A stretch of DNA of 64,000 bases, from positions 10,726,001 through 10,790,000 of the forward strand of contig CM022667.1 of the NCBI GenBank assembly GCA_012295275.1, written 5' to 3'. The notes under the pieces are model-generated. The model was not told the origin of the DNA and did not search any database. It worked only from the letters and a program-made list of their open reading frames with translations. Every line of letters starts with the position of its first letter. Position 1 is the stretch's first letter. The stretch comes from Chrysomallon squamiferum. Taxonomy: Eukaryota; Animalia; Mollusca. Shown in pieces: positions 56,452-64,000 of the stretch. The translations under genes and the position numbers were made by a program.

Positions 56452-57350
56452 TAATAAAAATAATTTAATGAACAAAAAAAAAAAAAAAAAAAAAGGAAGG
56501 AAAAGAAACAAAGAAGGTCAGAAGAAAGACAAACAAATACAAATTCATTTTCAAAACTGTAATTAAATCACAAATCATGTTCGAAACAAATTCTCCCTCA
56601 GGACAATTTCTTTCTTTCTTTCTTTAATTTTATTATTTTCTCAATCTCTCTCCCCCTGTTTCATTTCTATTCCAGAACACACAAAACACCCCCACCAACA
56701 CCCCCGCCCCACCCTCCCCCGCCCGTACCGAAAATCCATCCATCCACAATCTGGCGAGAGATCCCCCATTTATATTTCTGTGTAATTTATGATTTTCTCT
56801 CTCTTTGTCCGCTGCTAAATCTAATCTCTTTTCATAATGTTATAGATATACATAAATAAGAATCGGTTGTTCTTTCGTATCACTGCATCGTTACAAAACG
56901 CGGCCAGCGTCATTCCGACGTCAGCAATCAATTCCATCCACTCACGTCCCTTGTTACATGGCCGGCGGCGCGTGCGTTCAGACGGCTGCCGAAAGAGGTC
57001 GCTCGTGCCTGCACGCGATCAGTCATTTGGGGCGAAACTGATCCAAAATGAAATATGAATTTCCTTTATGCGGAATGGAGTTGATTTGAATGTCACAGAA
57101 TACAGAAGGGTTCTTGCCCCGCTAATTGGGGCCAGATCACCACTTGACTTGCTTTAGATTAGTGATAAAGCAAAAATAATCCAAGATGATCAGTCAGCCA
57201 TTTTTTTTTTTTTTTTTTCTCTCAAGGCGGAGTCCCAAAGACGGAATCTTTTTTTTTTTTTTTTCTTTTTCTTTTGTTGTTCCTTTACCAGTTTCGTTGA
57301 CATTTTTTTTTTTTTCTCTTTTTAAATTTTATTTATTTATTTATTTATAT

Positions 57351-57402
<52 letters not shown>

Positions 57403-59613
57403 ATCATCATTATTATTATTAATGTTGGTGATAATATTATTATTATTATACGTCAGTTATCAAATTTATTGATTTAATTTATATTATCTTACGTAATCTG
57501 ATGTCTATTCCATTCTTTATTTATTTATTTATTTTTTTATTTTTTTAAATTATTTATTTTTTGCATGGGCGGTGTCATGAATCCTGAATATTTTTTATTC
57601 ATTAAATATTTTATCACAAAACATTTTCGTTTTTTCCTTTCTCTAACACGAAGTTCTTTCTCTGTAGTTTTATTATTATAACTTCATTGTATTCTTCTTC
57701 TTCTTCTTATTGTTCTTACTGTTGTTGTTGTTGTAGTTATCTTTTCTTTTTCAATTAGCAAACTTTTATTTCTTATTATAGGTATTATAAAATTATAAAG
57801 TGACAGTCTTTTTTTTTTTTTTTTTTTTTTTCTATTTCTTTTTGTTCTCTTTCTGTTTTGTTTTAATGACATAATCCACATCATCAGCTTTTTATTATTA
57901 TTATTTATCACTTTTGTAAAGTTCTTCTTTTTCCCTTTTATTTATTTTTATTATTCTGTGCAGGCTGCAAATCGATAAAAATATTGTTTTATATCCTTAT
58001 CAGCCTCTGCGTGCCATTTTGATTCTATCTTCTTTTTTTGGTTCTTTTTTTTTGTGTGTCTATGTTTTATTAATTGCAATATTACAACTTGATACGGCAA
58101 ACGAAACAGCTTAGCCGATATTAAAACTGGAGTTAAATAAACAACGCTGTAATAAAGCATACTTTTTCTCTCATATTTTATTAATATTAATTGAATAAAG
58201 ACACACAAAATTAGATATGTATCGATTTTATGTTTAACTTTATCATTACTGGGTTGTTGTTGTTGTTTTTTTTAGCTTAATAATAATAACAATACGAAAA
58301 GCAATAAATAAATTAAGATGAGTATTAAGTGACAAAATAAAAATATGAATGCAACAATAACAAATATGTACCGGCTTTTGTGGAGCGTGCAGACGTAAAT
58401 ACAGTCATACGGACATACGGAGAACAAAAATACAGATATTGAAATTAAAAGAAAATATTAAAAATTATCATGATAAATACATTTTAAAAACTTATATGAA
58501 AATGTAATAAAATGTAATCAGTTAAAAAAACAATAAAAGAATAGAAACACACACACACACACAATAATAGATGTACATCATATGTATTATTAACATGTTT
58601 ACATGTACTACAAACGCACACAAATACGTATATACATACATCGACACATACACACGTATACACACACAAAACATACATATACACACACGTACATACATAC
58701 ATATATACATACATACATACATGCACACACACATAAAATAAAACACACACAAAATAACAATCCATTCTTTTTATCAAATTACTATAAAACTATCGGATCT
58801 GGTACAAAAGCAACAGTTTTATTATTTATTTATTTATTTATTTGTTTGATGTTGTTGTTGTTGTTGTTGTTATTATTATTATTATTATTTTCTTCTCTTT
58901 TTTTCTTCAAGATACTCGTATTCCAGGTAAACCTAATTAGATCAGAATAAACTACATTTTAATAATAAATATTGACGTAAAAAATTAGATCATTTTCCCT
59001 GTGATAGCGTGCATGACGTTCTATCTGACCGATATAAACGATGATAAAATCGAAAATAAGCGACTCACGAAAACAGACGTCTTATCGACATACATCGCTC
59101 GCAACTAATTTAATCAAAAGTAGCCAAATGTTTTCCGGTCCACTGGAGAATAATATTTCTTTGCAAATATTGGTGCAATTATTGCCATCTGAAATATTAA
59201 AGAAGATATGGTTTTGATCCCGGAAAGGCCCGTGCACCTAGTGCGGTGTTTCCGTGATGGACGTGTAATCGTACTAACTTAGGTCAAGCTAATCGCAAAA
59301 AAGCATCAAATATTCATAAGAACATTAATTGTTCAATGTTTATGATAACCCTACACGGAAGGATACCAATTTTGAGACGATGACGACGGGTATTAAGTCC
59401 ATGTCCAGCTGCACATGCGCGGTGTGGCACCTTCCGGTTCGTACGTAAAGCCCATCCGAGTTTTTTGCAGTTAGGCGTCTGCTTCGGCACACGTGACATA
59501 TTCCAGTTTTATGAATAATTAACGTGTTCTGTTCTTATTAATTTCAAGAAATCTTTTTGTGGTATCCGCTCATTTGTAAATCCCAAGACTATTTGCAAAG
59601 TTTGTGTAATGAG

Positions 59614-59657
<44 letters not shown>

Positions 59658-59960
59658 AATCGGAGAAAAATTGATGAAAACAAAACGTACTTTAATTTTT
59701 CTTCGCTTCACTGATCTCGGTTAAAAGAAAATGTCTTTTGCTGGAAATAAGTGAAGCTGATCTTTTTACGAGATAACATCTGAAGACACTGATGAAATAT
59801 GTCAGGGTGCCATTTTCGCATTGATGACGTAAGAATGATTGTTCATGGTTCAAATAGGCATTTCCTAGCTAAAGAACATTTACCTCTGTAGCAAATGATT
59901 ACGATAGGTATTCATGACTGAGGGATAAGATAGAGACTAATTAAAAACAAGAGGGACATC

Positions 59961-60072
<112 letters not shown>

Positions 60073-60454
60073 TTATTTATTTATGTATATGTATAGGTGA
60101 CGTCTATGATGAGTTCTGGCGTCGGCTGTAACTGAACAACAGCAACAACAACAGCAGCAGCAACAACAATAACAAGAACACTACCACTACAAGACCGGCA
60201 TCTACTACAACTACCATTATTATTACTGCTGCTACGACAAACAAATAAAAACCCCTAACAACTGCTACTGATACTGTTATTACATCTACTAAGAAAACTA
60301 CTACTAACAACAGTAATAACATCAAGAACAGAGAAAATAATAACAATATAATTCTAAAAACCAACCTCCAAAACAACCAAAACTTGAAAAGCATAGCACA
60401 ATTCAAAAAATAAATAAAAATAAATAATAAAAGTAAAAAAAAGGTAATAATAAT

Positions 60455-60538
<84 letters not shown>

Positions 60539-61070
60539 TAACATAAAAAAAAAAGAAGCAAAAAGTAATAAAAAAAAAAAAAACTCTCGTACAACATATT
60601 GTAAATATATAAATATTTGATATACAACATTTTTTTTTTTTTTTTTTTTTTTTTGATTCATTTTTTGAAACGTATTTCCCAGGATACACGTACCTGCGAA
60701 ATATGCCGCTCTTTATATGTTACATAAAATAAAACATTTTTTTTAAATTATACAATTCAGTAAAAACATAAGCGTTCATATTTTATAAGTCCCAGGAGTA
60801 CTAGCGATGAATATTTGTTTGTGTGCAATCTCTGGGTTATGAAATATAAACAAAAAAAGCCACACATCACTAAACTAATATAAGGACCGCTGAGGTGAAA
60901 CGATGAAGTGAAATAAAAATGATCTTAAGCACAAGAGATGCTACAAAATCTTGCATGACATGCGAACAAAAACAAACACACACTGGGAATATAGAATTCA
61001 AACAAATTTTTAAATGTTTTTTTTTGTTTGTTTTCGATCTCCAGTCAGTTTTATATATTTATTTATTTAC

Positions 61071-61127
<57 letters not shown>

Positions 61128-61452
61128 GTGATCATAGTTAAATATCTTTCTACACCTGTCCCCTAATCTGTCTGTTCTATTTCATCATTCAATGGTTTGT
61201 GGATTTGAAAACTGTACTCTACACAAATAATAATAATGTATGTTTTTGTCTTCACACAAAAAACTCTGTGACAAAACAGACTTCAACGGCGACGACTCTA
61301 GTTATTACGACTTGTGACTGGAACTACGACGTCGGCGACGATAACTCTGTTGACAACGTCACTGACGTCCATACAGTGATCTCGAACTGATTACGACAGT
61401 TATAAATTCATAAATTTAATTTTTACTCCTTTAAATTGTTTTACTCTTTAAA

Positions 61453-61509
<57 letters not shown>

Positions 61510-63434
61510 TTATTTATTTATTTATTTATTTATTTATTTTTTGTATTCTAAATGCTAAGTTATAGAGGCTGAACGCCCAAGTAGTTCTCCGCCTCAGCAA
61601 GTTTTAAATTCCACGCGGAGTTTGTATCAAATAGATTTCGAATGTATTGTGTGTGTGTATATTAGCGTGCGTATGTTACATCTACTTACATATGTGTGTG
61701 TTATATCTGTTTATCTGTGTGTGTATTTATGTGGATATTCTCTTCTCGTAACTATGCCTGATTAGACTCTGCATATAAAGAGTAATCGGGAGGATAAAGT
61801 CCAATCATGATCACAAATGCCGTATGTGTGTATGTATGTATGTATGTATGTATGTATGTATGTATGTGCTTATGCGCGTATGCATGTATCTGTGTATTTG
61901 TGCGTGGATGTATATATGCACGTATGTATCTTTGTATTCATGCATGCATACACGTATGTATGTATGTATGTATGTATGTATGTATGTATGTATGTATGTA
62001 CTTGTACTTGTGCATTAACAAGAGGCTTCAGATACCACTGTTATCGTTAAAAACGTTTTGGAAATGTTTTAAAGTTTTTATATAACGCTGATGTCATTAA
62101 AAAGGTCTTTAAAAATGGAAGATTTCAATTTTTAATTATGAGATTCTTCGACTATCGTTTTCGCGCGTGTCTTTCACTTCGACCACAATTAATGCATCAA
62201 TCAATTAGGCTGGACGTCCGGTATATTAATTAATTTTTGATAATCGCGTGCATGTGCGTGTGTGTACCTTCACTTCCAGAGACCAACACTGAGAATACGC
62301 AAGTAAATTTTAACACTCGATTTTCCCTTCCCAGAAATCTCCAAGGAGAATGTGTTTTTTTTGTTGTTTTTTTATTTCTTCATCTAGTTGAGGATGTAAT
62401 AACATGAACTTGAGTTGACAAACAGACGTTTGAAAGATTAAGAAAAAAAAAAGAAGAAGAAGAAAAAAAAAGAGAATGGAAGATTTATTTTCTGTGATGA
62501 CGTTACCAGAGTGCCTAATTAAGTTTTAATTATCGCCTATAGTAAGTAAGATATTTGTTAACTGTAACTGGTAATTTCTGTAGCTGTAGTTGCAGCAGCA
62601 GAAGTCGTCGTAGATGTAGCAGTAGAAGCAGTAGTAGTAGAAGCAGTATTAGTTTTAACAATATTCAGAGAAGAGACTGGATCAAATTTTTTGATTGTAA
62701 CTATTATCGTGGATACTTGGTTGGAACTGGAAATTTATAGATAAGCAAAAGGATGTTCGCATAATATAGGCTTTGTGTAGTGTATTGTTTATATTTATCA
62801 AGTATAAATTAAATTTATTTTGTATGTATTTATGAACGAATGAATGTACATTTGTATGTAGTATTTTAGCTACAAAACTGGTTGTTCTTTTTTAATAGCA
62901 GAAAGAAGCCTTCCCACATACCGCAAAAAAAAAAAAACAACAAAAAAAAAACACAACAAAAAACATAACCTTTGGTAAACCAGCCATGAAGCGGAGAAGC
63001 ATCGTTACGCAACACTGTAACAATTGTTACGTCTGTCTGTCTGTCTGTCTTTTTTTTTCCAGTTTGTCCATCCAGTCATCATTTTAACGCATTTGCCTTT
63101 TGTTTTGCACACATTTCAAAATAAAACCATCCTTGTTTGTACAATATCGGCTTTCCCTGAGACAACTGATATGCCTGATAATTTTCTTATGCATAAATTA
63201 TTTTTCTCTTTATATAATATTTTTTTGCGTATTATTGTTTTTTCTCTGAATTAAATTTTAATACTTTCAGATAAAACGCACAAGATTAAAGACTCACTCG
63301 GCTGTGACCGGTGTTATTCCGGTGTCTGTCTCAAAAGGCTTCGGGTTGGGTTAATTATAAAGTTTCGTTCATGTCAGCTGACTTTGTGGAACCATTTTTT
63401 TGTGGGCGTCGTTTAGAATATTGGTATTTCTGAA

Positions 63435-63475
<41 letters not shown>

Positions 63476-63626
63476 GGTTTTGGTGTGTTTGCGCCAATGT
63501 TTGATATTTGTCGGGTAGAAGTGATTGAGTGTGTGTGTGTTTGTATATATGTGTGTGTTTATGAATGGTTGATTAAGTGTGTAATGTTCGATTGAATGTC
63601 TTGTCCCTCTGCGTTTGTTTGAGTGT

Positions 63627-63720
<94 letters not shown>

Positions 63721-64000
63721 AGAGCGGGGAGAGGGAGAGAGAGATATTATACATATATATATATATATATATATATCATTGTACACTACAATAATGAAAC
63801 ATTTTATTTTTTAAATTCCAATATTCTGTCTGTTTGTCTGTGTAGATGATTCAGGTGTTTTATACAGTTATCGTTCTACGTGTTACAAGGAGACGGTTGT
63901 TTTGTTGTTTAGTTGTTGTCTCTCTCTCATTTCACATTTCGCTAAAAGATAAATACCGACACTCAACAATATAATACTCATCCTTCCTTTTATCTGTTCA

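Noticed and set aside
59778-59830. CTGAAGA/CTGATGA hammerhead-ribozyme-like cores
   Set aside because: No stem II closing onto GAAA and no stems I/III.
61285-61400. CG-rich segment that looks like a regulatory island
   Set aside because: It reads as a decayed (GAC/ACG)n trinucleotide repeat.
63153-63170. TCCCTGAGAC (miR-125/lin-4 5' end)
   Set aside because: Only 10 nt match, with no hairpin and no let-7 or miR-100 nearby.

Overview
Eukaryotic, very AT-rich and microsatellite-saturated DNA from an animal. Degenerate tRNA-derived SINE fragments resemble a family I recall from gastropod molluscs, so a mollusc is likely (inference). No ORF in the supplied track is a credible protein: they are translations of simple repeats or short chance frames. 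The window has two compartments. (1) About 1-11.7 kb is CpG-depleted, as expected for a germline-methylated gene body. It ends in a candidate + strand terminal exon (11089-11138, ...GEQYKIKVDSLKTLFI*) followed by a canonical poly(A) signal. (2) About 12-64 kb retains CpG and looks like a gene desert or giant intron, with about 25 discrete 0.2-1.3 kb complex-sequence islands separated by microsatellite filler. The islands are rich in homeodomain, TALE, bZIP and RFX-type motifs, consistent with a cis-regulatory landscape for a developmental gene outside the window (inference). The most notable structures are: a ~22-unit 20/21-bp minisatellite whose conserved core is TAAC-A-TACTAAC (perfect branch-point and bipartite Quaking/STAR element); CTCF-like motifs in a divergent-then-convergent arrangement; an ACGT-dense degenerate repeat; TG...CA direct repeats 1.57 kb apart; several AG|GT junctions; and palindrome and G-quadruplex clusters. 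I recognised no rRNA, tRNA, miRNA, CRISPR array or intact transposon.
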